This document shows, piece by piece, positions 1-10,353 of a stretch of 50,050 nt of DNA (its first letter is position 1; each line of letters opens with the position of its first letter). This DNA is from an uncultured Clostridium sp. GTDB taxonomy: Bacteria; Bacillota; Clostridia; TANB77; CAG-508. The DNA is taken from contig CAMYZH010000005.1 in NCBI GenBank assembly GCA_947303785.1, positions 1 to 50,050 on the forward strand. Direction: 5' to 3'. The notes below the pieces were generated by a model, which had not been told where the DNA came from, ran no database searches, and was given only the letters and a program-made list of their open reading frames with translations. Both the position numbers and the translations under genes were made by a program.

Positions 1-426
1 CGTTCTTTAGTTGATATGACAGATGGAACACTTGATGTGGGTGATTTGAAATTTGATGGAGAGTATGCAAAAATGACACCAATAATTACAGTTGAATTAG
101 TAAAGAAAAAGTATCCATCTGCTGTAGTTAAAAATTTAAATGGTGATGAAGTTACAAATAATGGTGATTTTATTGGAACAGGATTTAAAATAATTTACAA
201 TGATAAAGAATATACATCTATTAAATTAGGCGATGTCAATGGTGATGGAAAAATAAAAGCATCTGACTATGTTTTAATTAAAAATTATATCATGGATCCA
301 CAAGCAAATGAATTTTCAGAAATTAAAAAAATGGCAGCAGATGTTAATAAAGATGGAAATGTCAAGGCATCTGATTATGTCTTAATAAAAAACTATATTA
401 TGTATGGGAATAAAATAGAATTATAA
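1..426 (+). CDS. C-terminal part of a dockerin type I-like domain protein (5' end outside window)
   Basis: Frame open from base 1; two repeats GDVNGDGKIKASDYVLIKNYIM / ADVNKDGNVKASDYVLIKNYIM typical of dockerin Ca-binding loop-helix duplications. Confidence 0.75.
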   Translation, partial: RSLVDMTDGTLDVGDLKFDGEYAKMTPIITVELVKKKYPSAVVKNLNGDEVTNNGDFIGTGFKIIYNDKEYTSIKLGDVNGDGKIKASDYVLIKNYIMDPQANEFSEIKKMAADVNKDGNVKASDYVLIKNYIMYGNKIEL

Positions 427-448
427 ATAAAAATAAAGGAGAGATAAA

Positions 449-1894
449 ATGAATTTAAAGTCTAAAATTAAATTAGTTATATTTTTAAGCATTACTTTTT
501 TAATACTTTGGTCAGCTAAAACTTTTGCAGCATCAATATCAGTAAGCCCTTCAACATCTTCAGTAGCACCTGGAGGTTCATTTACAGTTACAATAAGTGG
601 TAGTGATGCAACAGGAAGAATTAATATTTCAGCAACAAATGGTAATGTTAGTCCATCATCTATATGGATAGAAAATAATTCACAACCTGTAACTGTAACT
701 GCTGGTTCATCTGGTAGTGTTACAATTTCTGCTAGTGGAGAGGTTTCTACTAATGCTGGTGAAGATGTAAATGTTTCCAAAAGCGCTAGTGTTACTATAA
801 ATACACCAGCTCCATCAACAACTACTAGTAATCCTTCTTCAGGAAATGCTACTCCAAGTCAAGGAAATAATCAAAGTGGAAATAACGGATCTGGAGAAAA
901 TGCAGTTACTGCTCCAACATTGAGTAACCTAGGAATTAATCCACATGATTTTTCAGGATTTTCTTCAGGGAGAACATCATATACAGTAAATGTTCCAAAT
1001 GATTGTACCTCTATTAATTTATATGCTACATCAAAAAATGGTTCTATTTCTGGCACTGGAACAAAAACTTTAAAAGAAGGAACAAATAAATTTACAGTTA
1101 CTGTTTCAAATAGTGCAGGATCAAAAAATTATACAGTTTCAGTAGTTAGAGCAACTACAGCTGGAGAAGATGTACCTAATGTAGTAGAACCTGAAGAAAA
1201 TGAACAAGTCGAGGAAAAACCAGAAGAGGGAATTGGCTTAAAATCATTAGAAATAGCTGATTACAAATTAGAACAAGAATTTAAAATAGATTTATATAAT
1301 TATGATATAATGGTTGATGAGGATGTTACACAAGATTTGTTAAACTCTATTAAAGAAAAAATTGTTGCACAGTCGAATTATGATAAGGCAAATGTTGAGA
1401 TTTCTGTAGAAGTTTTAGAAGACGGAAAAGGAATAATAACACTAGTTGTAAAAGATGAGGAAAAGGAATATTCAAAATATACAATTACAGTTATAAAAAA
1501 GCTTGAAGAAAAAGAAGCTGAAAGTACTGTAGTTGGAGCTGTTAAAAATAAACCATCAAATAATGATAAAGGCGGATTTAGTTTGAAAAATATTCCAAAT
1601 AGTTTAAAAGCTTTTATAGTTTTAGGAATATATATTTTAACTTTATATGCAGCAATTGTATTTGCATGTATAGCTTATGTTAAAAGTAAAAAACTTAGAG
1701 AATTTGAAGAAGAATATGAAATTGTTGATGATGAAGAAACAGAAGATGAATCTGAACGTTTGAACGCATTGGAAGGCTTGCCTGAAAATTCAAGTCAAGA
1801 AAATTTAAAAGATGCTGAGAAAAAGCTAAATAAGCTTGATGGATATAGAAATTTAAGAAGTGCTCCAGGAAAAAATGGAGGAAGACATTTTTAA
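449..1894 (+). CDS. Membrane-anchored surface protein with beta-sandwich (cohesin/cadherin-like) domains
   Basis: SD AAGGAG; signal peptide; Ser/Thr-rich beta domain, low-complexity linker, cadherin-like beta-sandwich segment (FSSGRTSYTVNVPND...LKEGTNKFTVTV), C-terminal TM helix and acidic tail. Confidence 0.6.
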   Translation: MNLKSKIKLVIFLSITFLILWSAKTFAASISVSPSTSSVAPGGSFTVTISGSDATGRINISATNGNVSPSSIWIENNSQPVTVTAGSSGSVTISASGEVSTNAGEDVNVSKSASVTINTPAPSTTTSNPSSGNATPSQGNNQSGNNGSGENAVTAPTLSNLGINPHDFSGFSSGRTSYTVNVPNDCTSINLYATSKNGSISGTGTKTLKEGTNKFTVTVSNSAGSKNYTVSVVRATTAGEDVPNVVEPEENEQVEEKPEEGIGLKSLEIADYKLEQEFKIDLYNYDIMVDEDVTQDLLNSIKEKIVAQSNYDKANVEISVEVLEDGKGIITLVVKDEEKEYSKYTITVIKKLEEKEAESTVVGAVKNKPSNNDKGGFSLKNIPNSLKAFIVLGIYILTLYAAIVFACIAYVKSKKLREFEEEYEIVDDEETEDESERLNALEGLPENSSQENLKDAEKKLNKLDGYRNLRSAPGKNGGRHF

Positions 1895-1932
1895 TAATAG
1901 TTAGTTTCATTAATAAGAAATAATAATAATAT

Positions 1933-1970
1933 AAAACAGGTTTTAAGTTTAAGACTTAAAACCTGTTTTT
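1933..1970. terminator. Intrinsic terminator (possibly bidirectional)
   Basis: AAAACAGGTTTTAAGT-TTAAG-ACTTAAAACCTGTTTT perfect hairpin with A/T flanks after the 1894 stop. Confidence 0.8.
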
Positions 1971-2359
1971 AGTAGTAGTTTGTAAATTTTAGGTATTTAT
2001 ATATCACTTTTTAAAATTATTATTATTTTTATTTTGCAATATTAATTGGGGGCTATACCGCATAAATTGCCTTTTAAAACAAAGTTTAGGTTATAAGATA
2101 AAAACTCCTTTCCTTATAGATTAGCTAATATTTATATTAACATATGAAAATGGTTAAACTAATATAAATACCTAAATTTTAAAATTTATTGTTTGGGGGA
2201 AGAATTGTATTTTTAGAATTAAAATACAACTTTTAGAATTAAATGTTAATAAAATATTAACTGTTCAGATTATACTATCTAAAAGAAGGTTTGGCAAGAA
2301 AAAGTCATCGCCAAAATTCGACATAAATCGTCAGGGAAGCAATAATTATAAAATAGAGG

Positions 2360-2388
2360 TTGAAAAAAACGACAATTTAAGATATACT
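2360..2388 (+). promoter_or_regulatory. sigma-A-like promoter
   Basis: TTGAAA-17bp-TATACT upstream of ORF 2424; a Spo0A-box-like TTCGACA lies at 2317-2323. Confidence 0.55.
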
Positions 2389-2423
2389 ACAAACTAGAAA
2401 AAGAATTACCTTCAAAAAGAAGG

Positions 2424-3095
2424 ATGTGTATACAAATGAAAGAAAAAAAAGTATTTATTTTGGCTATTCCAACTATTGTAATAATAATTTTGGTTACACT
2501 AGGAATGTTAGTAATTTTTTATAACAGAAACTATAAAAAAATGTCGAGAAATGATGCAAAAATTTTAGCTCAAAAAGTTGCAATTATTGACAATATTTCA
2601 TGTGAAATGATTACAAATACTTATGGAAAAGATATTGTTTCTGATTATAAATTAAAAAATAATGAAATGATTAGTAATGTCGATGGTTTTACGATTTATG
2701 ACAATAAAGATGAACAAATTATAATACAATTGGTCGATAGCCAAAAAAGAGCATATATTTATTCAAATTACAAGAGTGAAATTGATGATTTTAAAGCAAT
2801 GATTTGTAGTGTAGCAAAATTATTTGAAGATGAAAACTATAATTATGAATTCAAAAAATATGAAACTGTAAATGGAATAAAATGTGTTAATTTTACATTA
2901 AAAAATAATGAAATTGAGTTTAATATTTGGCTTGATAGGTCTTCTGGAATGATTGTAAAAATGATTTGTCAAAACAATCTTGATGGTTCAAACCAAGTAG
3001 ATTCAACTATCTATTATAGGTATAAAATAGGTAATGTTTCACCAGATCAGGTTCAAAGGCCAGATTTAGCTGGATATGAGGTTACTGAATTATAG
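2424..3095 (+). CDS. Hypothetical membrane-anchored protein (LolA-like fold possible)
   Basis: N-terminal TM helix; C-terminal 'NIWLDRSSGMIVKM' resembles LolA-like/outer-envelope proteins; start could be 2436. Confidence 0.55.
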   Translation: MCIQMKEKKVFILAIPTIVIIILVTLGMLVIFYNRNYKKMSRNDAKILAQKVAIIDNISCEMITNTYGKDIVSDYKLKNNEMISNVDGFTIYDNKDEQIIIQLVDSQKRAYIYSNYKSEIDDFKAMICSVAKLFEDENYNYEFKKYETVNGIKCVNFTLKNNEIEFNIWLDRSSGMIVKMICQNNLDGSNQVDSTIYYRYKIGNVSPDQVQRPDLAGYEVTEL

Positions 3096-3133
3096 TTATG
3101 TTTTACGAAAGATAAAAGAAAGGAGATGATTAT

Positions 3134-4012
3134 ATGGCAAATTCTAATTATTTAGTTAGTTTTTTAAATCAAGTAGATATTTTAATATCTGAGATTGATA
3201 GACTAAAATGTAGAATTCGTTTGTGTAAAAATAGTAGCAAGATTTTTAAAATAGAATTTAAATCAAAGCTAGAAATATCTCCAGACCCATTTATAAAATT
3301 GAGAAATTTTTTGGCAAAAAGTATAGAAGCAAATCTAGGGTATAATAGAAGAGTTGTTGAATTAAAAAGAGAGTTTGCTAGAAATTTTAAAATATTAAAA
3401 AATTTAATTGAAAAAGAGATTTTGCAAATAGAAAATTTTCAAGAAATTGAAATGAATAAGATAGTATATAAAGCTATTTATGATGCAAAAATTGATTATG
3501 AAAATAGAATCAAAGAGAATTTTAATGTTAAAAGTTCTTTATTAGACAAATTTATAGGAATAAAAAAATATAGAAATCTTTCTATTCAAAACCATGAATT
3601 AAAGATTAAGCTTGCGAAAAAAGAATATGAAGAAAAGAAAAATGAGAGAAAAACAATATTTGAGCTTGCAAATATGATTGAAAATGCTGATATTAAAACA
3701 GGAGAATTATTATGTTTGCAAGAAAAAATTATTAAAACATTTATGCTAGATAAAAAGATTTTAAATAGAGAAAAGACTGATAAATGGAAGCCTGTAATGG
3801 TTATACCACATGGATTTAAAGCTAAAATAGAACATTATAAAATATTAAATAAAAATTTGATAAGAGAAAATCAAGAGCTTGAAAAGACGATATCTGAAAA
3901 TAGATTGCTAGGAATAGAAAGTACTAAAATAGGTAGTAGAGAATTAATTTTACTTAATTCGAAATTAGGAAAATTGCTTAATGAAAGAATTCTTAAGGTA
4001 GGAGAAATATGA
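3134..4012 (+). CDS. Hypothetical protein (charged, helical)
   Basis: 292 aa ORF with SD AAGGAG; overlaps rsmE start (ATGA). Confidence 0.6.
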   Translation: MANSNYLVSFLNQVDILISEIDRLKCRIRLCKNSSKIFKIEFKSKLEISPDPFIKLRNFLAKSIEANLGYNRRVVELKREFARNFKILKNLIEKEILQIENFQEIEMNKIVYKAIYDAKIDYENRIKENFNVKSSLLDKFIGIKKYRNLSIQNHELKIKLAKKEYEEKKNERKTIFELANMIENADIKTGELLCLQEKIIKTFMLDKKILNREKTDKWKPVMVIPHGFKAKIEHYKILNKNLIRENQELEKTISENRLLGIESTKIGSRELILLNSKLGKLLNERILKVGEI

Positions 4013-4737
4013 ATTTTTTTGTAAATGCTGATCAGATTAAAGATAATATAATTTATATAAATAATTCTGATGTTAACCACATAAAAAATGTTTTAAGAAA
4101 AGAAATTGGAGACATTTTAACTGTTGTTTGTGAAGGAACAATTTATAAGACTAGGATTTTAGAATTAACATCTGAATTTATAAAATGTGAAATTTTGGAA
4201 GAAAATAAAGCTAAATCAAATAAAATAAAACTAACAATTTTTCAAGGATTAGCAAAGGCTGATAAAATTGAATATATAATACAAAAATGTACAGAACTTG
4301 GAGCATTTGAAATTGTTCCTGTAGAAATGAAAAGATCTGTAGTAAAGATAGATACAAAAGACAGACCAAAGAAGTTAGATAGATGGAAAAAAATTGCAGA
4401 GGTCGCATCAAAACAATCACTAAGAAATGAAGTTTTAAAAGTTGATAAAATCTTAAGTTTTAAAGAAATGTGTTTAGAATTACAAAAATTTGATATTACC
4501 ATATTAGCATATGAAAAAGAGAGAAAAGTTTTATTAAAACAAGTACTTAAAAATGATTGTGGTAACTGCGAAAATATAGCTATCATTATTGGACCAGAAG
4601 GTGGAATAGATGATGATGAGTTTAAAATCCTTAATGAAATAGGAGTAAAATCAGTTAGTTTAGGAAGTAGAATTTTAAGAACTGAAACTGCACCTGTTGC
4701 AATATGTGCAATAGTAATGTATGAGCTTGAATCATAA
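4009..4737 (+). CDS. rsmE: 16S rRNA m3U1498 methyltransferase RsmE
   Basis: HIKNVLR, QKCTELG, IIIGPEGG, LGSRILRTETA motifs. Confidence 0.95.
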   Translation: MNFFVNADQIKDNIIYINNSDVNHIKNVLRKEIGDILTVVCEGTIYKTRILELTSEFIKCEILEENKAKSNKIKLTIFQGLAKADKIEYIIQKCTELGAFEIVPVEMKRSVVKIDTKDRPKKLDRWKKIAEVASKQSLRNEVLKVDKILSFKEMCLELQKFDITILAYEKERKVLLKQVLKNDCGNCENIAIIIGPEGGIDDDEFKILNEIGVKSVSLGSRILRTETAPVAICAIVMYELES

Positions 4738-4771
4738 GCTAGTATTCTAAATAGAAGGGGTAAAAAATTTT

Positions 4772-5572
4772 ATGGATACAGATGGAGATTTAGAAAACCA
4801 TTTAGATATATTAATACCAAAAGATGTGATGAAAAAAATAAACACAAAAGTGTTTAAAGAATTACTTATGTCTATAGTGGTTTTTATATATTACATTTTT
4901 ACTTATATTGTTTTTCTAAAAACTAGAAGTAATGTTTTTACATATTGTTTAAATATATGTGCTTGCACTTTTACTATTATTGCCATTGTATTATTTGAAG
5001 TTGGATATAGAAAAGAAAATGATATAGTATTTATACGCGGAATTGAAATAATGTTTATAAGTTTGATTTCATTATTTATGCCATATGTTTATTTAAAAAG
5101 AGGAAAAACTTTTATTTCACTTTATTCATTATCATGTTTATATATTTCAATATATTATGCTATTAAAGCTCTAGTTGTATATATTAATGAAGTTAAAAAA
5201 TATAGAAGAGGATTAAGTGATATAAAAGAAATTTTAACTTTTAAAAGAGAATCATATCTTGAAATAAAAAATGAAAGAAAATTTGAAAATGTTGATGATG
5301 ATAATTCTATTAAAAAGCGTAAAACTAATATTTTAAAGAATCAATTAAATAAGATAAAAAGCATAAAGAGGAAAGAGATAAAAAAAGTTTTACCTACTGA
5401 AAAACTAGAAGAAAATCAAGAGCAAGAAGATACTATAGAATTAAAAACTAATGTTAGTAAAAAAGAAACTAAAACTAAAACACCTAAGAAAAGAGGAAGA
5501 AAGCCAACAGGCAAAAAGGTTGTTAAGTCAATGGCTACTGCAAGAAAGAAAAAGAAAGAGGATGAAGAATAA
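4772..5572 (+). CDS. Hypothetical membrane protein with basic C-terminal tail
   Basis: Four hydrophobic segments then Lys-rich tail (PKKRGRKP). Confidence 0.6.
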   Translation: MDTDGDLENHLDILIPKDVMKKINTKVFKELLMSIVVFIYYIFTYIVFLKTRSNVFTYCLNICACTFTIIAIVLFEVGYRKENDIVFIRGIEIMFISLISLFMPYVYLKRGKTFISLYSLSCLYISIYYAIKALVVYINEVKKYRRGLSDIKEILTFKRESYLEIKNERKFENVDDDNSIKKRKTNILKNQLNKIKSIKRKEIKKVLPTEKLEENQEQEDTIELKTNVSKKETKTKTPKKRGRKPTGKKVVKSMATARKKKKEDEE

Positions 5573-5573
5573 T

Positions 5574-6452
5574 ATGATAAAAAGTATGACAGGTTTTGGA
5601 AGAGGAAAATATGAAAATGAAGGAAGAGAATATGTTGTTGAGATAAAATCTGTAAATCATAAATATAGTGATATATCAATAAAATTACCCAGATCAATTT
5701 CATTTTTAGAAGAAAAAGTAAGAAAAGAAGTTTTATCAAAAATTTCTAGAGGAAAAATTGATGTTTTTGTTACAATGAATGATTTTAGTGAAAAAGGAAA
5801 ATCCATTAAAATTAATAAAGACATTGCTAAAATATATATCAAGCAACTTAAAGAGTTAGCACAAGAAACAGGAATTAAAGATACAATTGCAGTTACTGAA
5901 ATATCGAAATTTCCAGAGGTTTTAAATATTACAAATGAAGAAAATGAAGATTTATATTGGGAAGAATTAAGTGTTGCATTAAAAGAATCTTTAGATAATT
6001 TTATTTTAATGAGGGAATCAGAAGGAAATAAAATAAAAAAAGATTTAATTGGAAGAATTGAAAGTATAAAATCAAAAGTTTCAGAGGTTTGCGAATTTTC
6101 TTCTGGACTTGTTGAAGAATATGTAGTAAAATTAGAGCAGAGGGTTAAAGAACTAATGAAAACAGATGTTATAGATGAAAATAGGTTAGCACAAGAAATT
6201 GTAATCTTTTCAGATAAATCATCAATTCAAGAAGAACTTACTAGATTAAATAGCCATATATCTCAATTTGTGGGTTTAATAGAAAGTGGAAGTTCACCTA
6301 TAGGGAAAAAATGTGATTTTATTATACAAGAAATGAATAGAGAAGTTAATACTATTGGTTCAAAAGCTAATAGTATGGACATTTCAAAATGTGTTATTGA
6401 ACTTAAAACACAAATTGAAGATGTTAGAGAGCAAATTCAAAATATAGAGTAG
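5574..6452 (+). CDS. yicC: YicC/YloC family endoribonuclease
   Basis: MIKSMTGFG start, EIKSVN, QEMNREVNTIGSK, REQIQNIE. Confidence 0.93.
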   Translation: MIKSMTGFGRGKYENEGREYVVEIKSVNHKYSDISIKLPRSISFLEEKVRKEVLSKISRGKIDVFVTMNDFSEKGKSIKINKDIAKIYIKQLKELAQETGIKDTIAVTEISKFPEVLNITNEENEDLYWEELSVALKESLDNFILMRESEGNKIKKDLIGRIESIKSKVSEVCEFSSGLVEEYVVKLEQRVKELMKTDVIDENRLAQEIVIFSDKSSIQEELTRLNSHISQFVGLIESGSSPIGKKCDFIIQEMNREVNTIGSKANSMDISKCVIELKTQIEDVREQIQNIE

Positions 6453-6470
6453 AAAAGGAGAAATGAAATA

Positions 6471-6719
6471 ATGCAATTAATTAATATTGGTTTTGGAAAT
6501 ATCGTTTGCGCAAATAGGATTATTTCTATAGTAAGTCCTGATTCTGCACCAATTAAACGTTTAATTCAAGAAGCTAAAGATTCAAAAATGGCAATTGATG
6601 CTACATACGGAAGAAGAACGAGAGCTGTTATTATTATGGATTCTGGACATGTTATTTTATCAGCTGTTCAGCCAGAAACAGTAGCAGGTAGATTAGATAA
6701 AGATGAAGTTGAAGAGTAG
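6471..6719 (+). CDS. remA: RemA/DUF370 family regulator
   Basis: [10 protein letters not shown]...SAPIKR...[14 protein letters not shown]...[11 protein letters not shown]. Confidence 0.92.
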   Translation: MQLINIGFGNIVCANRIISIVSPDSAPIKRLIQEAKDSKMAIDATYGRRTRAVIIMDSGHVILSAVQPETVAGRLDKDEVEE

Positions 6720-6742
6720 AATGAGAAGGGGGATGAATTATC

Positions 6743-6952
6743 ATGATGGTAAAACCTACAGTAAAAGAATTACTTGATAAGGTAAATGACAGATATCAAT
6801 TAGTACTTGTTACATCTAAAAGAGCTAGGCAATTAGCACAAGGAGCAGAGCCACTAACAAATAAAAAAGAAGATAGCTTTGTTACACTTGCTGCTCAAGA
6901 GATTGCTGAAGGAAAAGTTGATAAACTAGATGAAGATGAAGACAAAGAATAA
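6743..6952 (+). CDS. rpoZ: RNA polymerase omega subunit
   Basis: PTVKELLDKVNDRYQLVLVTSKRARQL...AAQEIAEG. Confidence 0.92.
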   Translation: MMVKPTVKELLDKVNDRYQLVLVTSKRARQLAQGAEPLTNKKEDSFVTLAAQEIAEGKVDKLDEDEDKE

Positions 6953-7022
6953 AAGATTAGATGCAGAAAGTGGAATGTTTGCCATTTTCTGTTTTTTATT
7001 TATTTTTAGGAGGAAAAATTTT

Positions 7023-7598
7023 ATGTTAGTTATATTATCAGGGGTTTCTGGGGCTGGAAAAGATACTATAAAAAAAGAATTATTAAAAAGAATGAATAAT
7101 GTTGATACACTTCCATCTTATACATCAAGAGCGATGAGATCAGACGATATTGAGGGAGATAAATATCATTTTGTATCTAAAGAAGAATTTGAAGAAAGAC
7201 TTGCAAATGGCGAGTTTTATGAATATGATGTCCACCATAATTTTTATTATGGTACTTCGAAAAAGCTTTTAAATGAAAAAATTGCAAGTGGTAAAATAAT
7301 TGTAAAAGATATTGAAGTAAATGGTACAGAGAATTTAAAAAGTTTATTGGGAAATGATACCAAAATAGTTACAATATTTTTAAGAGTTCCTAAAGAAGAG
7401 CTTAAAAAAAGATTAGAAAATAGAGCAGATAAACCTGGACCTGATGAAATAAAATTAAGATTAAATAGATTTGATTATGAAGAATCTAAAATTGGAAATT
7501 ATGATTATGTTCTTAAAAATGATGATTTAGAAAAATCGATTCAAATAATAAAGGCCATAATTGAAAATGAAAAAAGACTAGAGGATGAGGAAGTTTAA
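7023..7598 (+). CDS. gmk: Guanylate kinase
   Basis: SD AGGAGG; LSGVSGAGKDT P-loop, YHFVSKEEF, YYGT. Confidence 0.92.
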   Translation: MLVILSGVSGAGKDTIKKELLKRMNNVDTLPSYTSRAMRSDDIEGDKYHFVSKEEFEERLANGEFYEYDVHHNFYYGTSKKLLNEKIASGKIIVKDIEVNGTENLKSLLGNDTKIVTIFLRVPKEELKKRLENRADKPGPDEIKLRLNRFDYEESKIGNYDYVLKNDDLEKSIQIIKAIIENEKRLEDEEV

Positions 7599-7600
7599 AA

Positions 7601-9831
7601 ATGTTTGCATCAGTACTTATAAATAGTAATGCTAGACAATTGAATAGAGTTTTTGATTATAAAGTTCCAAAAGAATTTAGTAGCCAGATTTCTATTGGAT
7701 GTAGAGTTTTTGTGCCTTTTGGAAAAGGAACAAATCTATCAGAGGGATATGTTATAGATTTAAAAAAAGAATCTGAATATGAATGCAGAGAAATTGCAGT
7801 CATTGAAGATTCAATTTTAACTAAAGAAAATATTGAACTTGCCAAGTTGATGGCACAAAAATATTTTTGTAATGTTTCAGATTGTATAAAACTAATGTTA
7901 CCACCAGGATCTGCAACTAGAGATATGTCTAAAAGAATGAGAGAAAAAAAAGCAAGATTTGTCTATTTAGATAGGGAAAAAGAAGAAATTAGATTTGAAG
8001 TAGAAAATGTTTTAAAAAGTGAAAAACATCAAAAACTATTAAGTTATTTAATTAATAATGACGGTATAGATATATCAGAACTTGAAATGCTTACCGGTGT
8101 AAGCAAAGCTGTAATGAAAACATTAGAGAAAAATGGTTATATTAAATTTGTTTATGAAAAAGTAGATAGAAATCCATTTATTAATAAAAAAGTAATTAGA
8201 GATAAAAAATTAAGTTTAAATGATGAGCAAAAAGATGCATATGATCAAATTGAATTTATGATTGATAATCAAGAATTTGCAGAATTTCTATTAAAAGGAG
8301 TTACTGGATCTGGAAAAACAGAAGTATATTTACAATTGATTGAAAAAGTTATAAATAACGGAAAAAACGCATTGGTTTTGGTTCCTGAGATTTCACTTAC
8401 ACCGCAAATTGTTGATAGATTTAGGGCTAGATTTGGTGACTGTATTGCTGTTTTGCATAGTAAACTTTCAAATGGTGAAAGATTTGATGAGTGGAACAGA
8501 ATAAAAGAAAACAAAGCCCGAATTATTATTGGCGCTCGTTCAGCAATTTTTGCTCCAGTTAAAGATTTAGGAATAATTATAATTGATGAGGCACATGATA
8601 ATTCTTATAAATCTGATATGACTCCTAGATATCATTCTAAGGATTTAGCAAGATATATTGCAAAACAAAATGATATTCCACTTGTTTTAGGAAGTGCTAC
8701 ACCTGATGTTTGCGATTATTATAAGGCTTTAAAAAATGAGAAACAATTAGTTAACTTGACTAAAAGAGCAAATGATGCAAAACCTCCTGAAATTGAAATT
8801 GTTGATATGAGACTTGAACTTGCTAAACGGAAATAGATCAATGTTTAGTGAACAATTGCAAGAAAAAATTTCTGAAAATTTAAAGAAAAAAAAGCAAACT
8901 ATTTTGTTTATAAATAGAAGAGGATATTCAACTTTTATTATGTGTAGAGATTGCGGGCATGTTGTAAAATGTCCTAATTGTAATATTGCACTTACATTTC
9001 ATAGTTTTCGGAAACAAGCTAAAATGTCATTATTGTGGGCATGAAGAGCAAGTTATGAAAATTTGTCCAGAATGTGGCAGTTCTAAAATTAAATATTTTG
9101 GAAGTGGAACACAAAAAGTTGAAGCTGAGATTTCAAAATTGTATCCTGAAGCTACTACAATTAGAATGGATATTGATACTGTTACTAAAAAGAATTCTCA
9201 TGAAATTATTTTGAATAAATTTAAAGATGAAAATATTGATATTTTAATTGGAACACAAATGATTGTTAAAGGACACCATTTTCCAAATGTTACTTTAGTT
9301 GGTGTACTTGCAGCAGATGGTGCATTAAATGTTGGAGATTATAGAGCTGAAGAACGTACATTTCAGACAATCACACAGGTTGCTGGAAGAGCAGGAAGGG
9401 AAAAAGATAAAGGAGAAGTAGTGGTTCAAACATATAATCCAGATAATTATGCAATTATCTGTAGTCAAAAACAAGATTATGATAAATTCTATTTAGCAGA
9501 GATTGAGCTTAGAAAAAGCTTGAATTATCCACCTTTCTGCGATATAATATTACTCAGAATTCATGGAGAAAATGAAAACAAAGTAAAAAGTGCATCAGAA
9601 AAAATATATAAAATATTGATGAATAAGAAAAATGAAAATATGCTTATTTATAAACCAGTTCCTTCTCCTATTGATAAGATTCAAAATACTTATAGGTGGA
9701 GAATTGTGATAAAATGTAGATTAAATAAAAAGGCAATTGGAATAATAAATGAAGCAATAAATGAATTTGAAATCAACAAAAACAAAGATATATCCTTAAT
9801 TGTTGATTCTAATCCAAATAATATGATGTAG
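7601..9831 (+). CDS. priA: Primosomal protein N' PriA, read through two +1 shifts at CGG codons (8828-8830, 9009-9011); ~742 aa joined
   Basis: GVTGSGKT, DEAH, SAT motifs in ORF1; two CxxC in ORF2; two CxxC and QVAGRAGR in ORF3; joins seamlessly if one base is skipped at each CGG. Confidence 0.9.
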
Positions 9832-9849
9832 AGTAGGAGAGAGAAGCAA

Positions 9850-10341
9850 ATGGCAATTAGAACATTAAGATATGAAGGTGACGAAATATTAAAGAAAAAA
9901 TCTAGAGAAATTGAAGTAATTGATGATAGAATAAAACAGCTTGCTGAAGACATGTTTGATACTATGCATAAATGGGATGGGCTTGGTCTTGCTGCAGTTC
10001 AAGTGGGAATATTAAAAAGAATTATAGTTATTGATTTATATGATGATAAATCAAAATTTTGCTTAATTAATCCAGTAATTGTTGAAAAATCAGAGGAGAC
10101 AGTTGAAATTGAAGAAGGTTGTTTAAGTTACCCAAATCAATTTGGAAAAGTTACAAGATTTTATAAAGTAAAAGTTAAGGCTTTAGATTTAGATGGGAAA
10201 AAAGTTACTCTTGAAGCGGAAGGTTTACTTGCACAAGCTCTTCAACATGAGATTGATCATTTAGAAGGTGAAACATTTAAAGAAAAAATAATTCCAGGAA
10301 CATTTGAAGTTGTTACACCACAAAATGAAAATAAAAAATAG
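9850..10341 (+). CDS. def: Peptide deformylase
   Basis: GLGLAAVQVG, EGCLS, QHEIDH. Confidence 0.97.
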   Translation: MAIRTLRYEGDEILKKKSREIEVIDDRIKQLAEDMFDTMHKWDGLGLAAVQVGILKRIIVIDLYDDKSKFCLINPVIVEKSEETVEIEEGCLSYPNQFGKVTRFYKVKVKALDLDGKKVTLEAEGLLAQALQHEIDHLEGETFKEKIIPGTFEVVTPQNENKK

Positions 10342-10353
10342 AGAGGAGATATA

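Noticed and set aside
2040..2130. Minus-strand AAGGAAAGGAG SD-like motif and ATG-CGG mini-ORF in the intergenic region
   Set aside because: No start codon at proper spacing from the SD and both frames close within about 10 codons; a small RNA cannot be supported from sequence alone.
7601..9831. priA and the other broken genes as ordinary pseudogenes or random indel errors
   Set aside because: All breaks are +1, all can be placed at an in-frame CGG (a rare trinucleotide here), long A/T runs elsewhere cause no breaks, and there are no nonsense lesions. Error is not formally excluded without reads.
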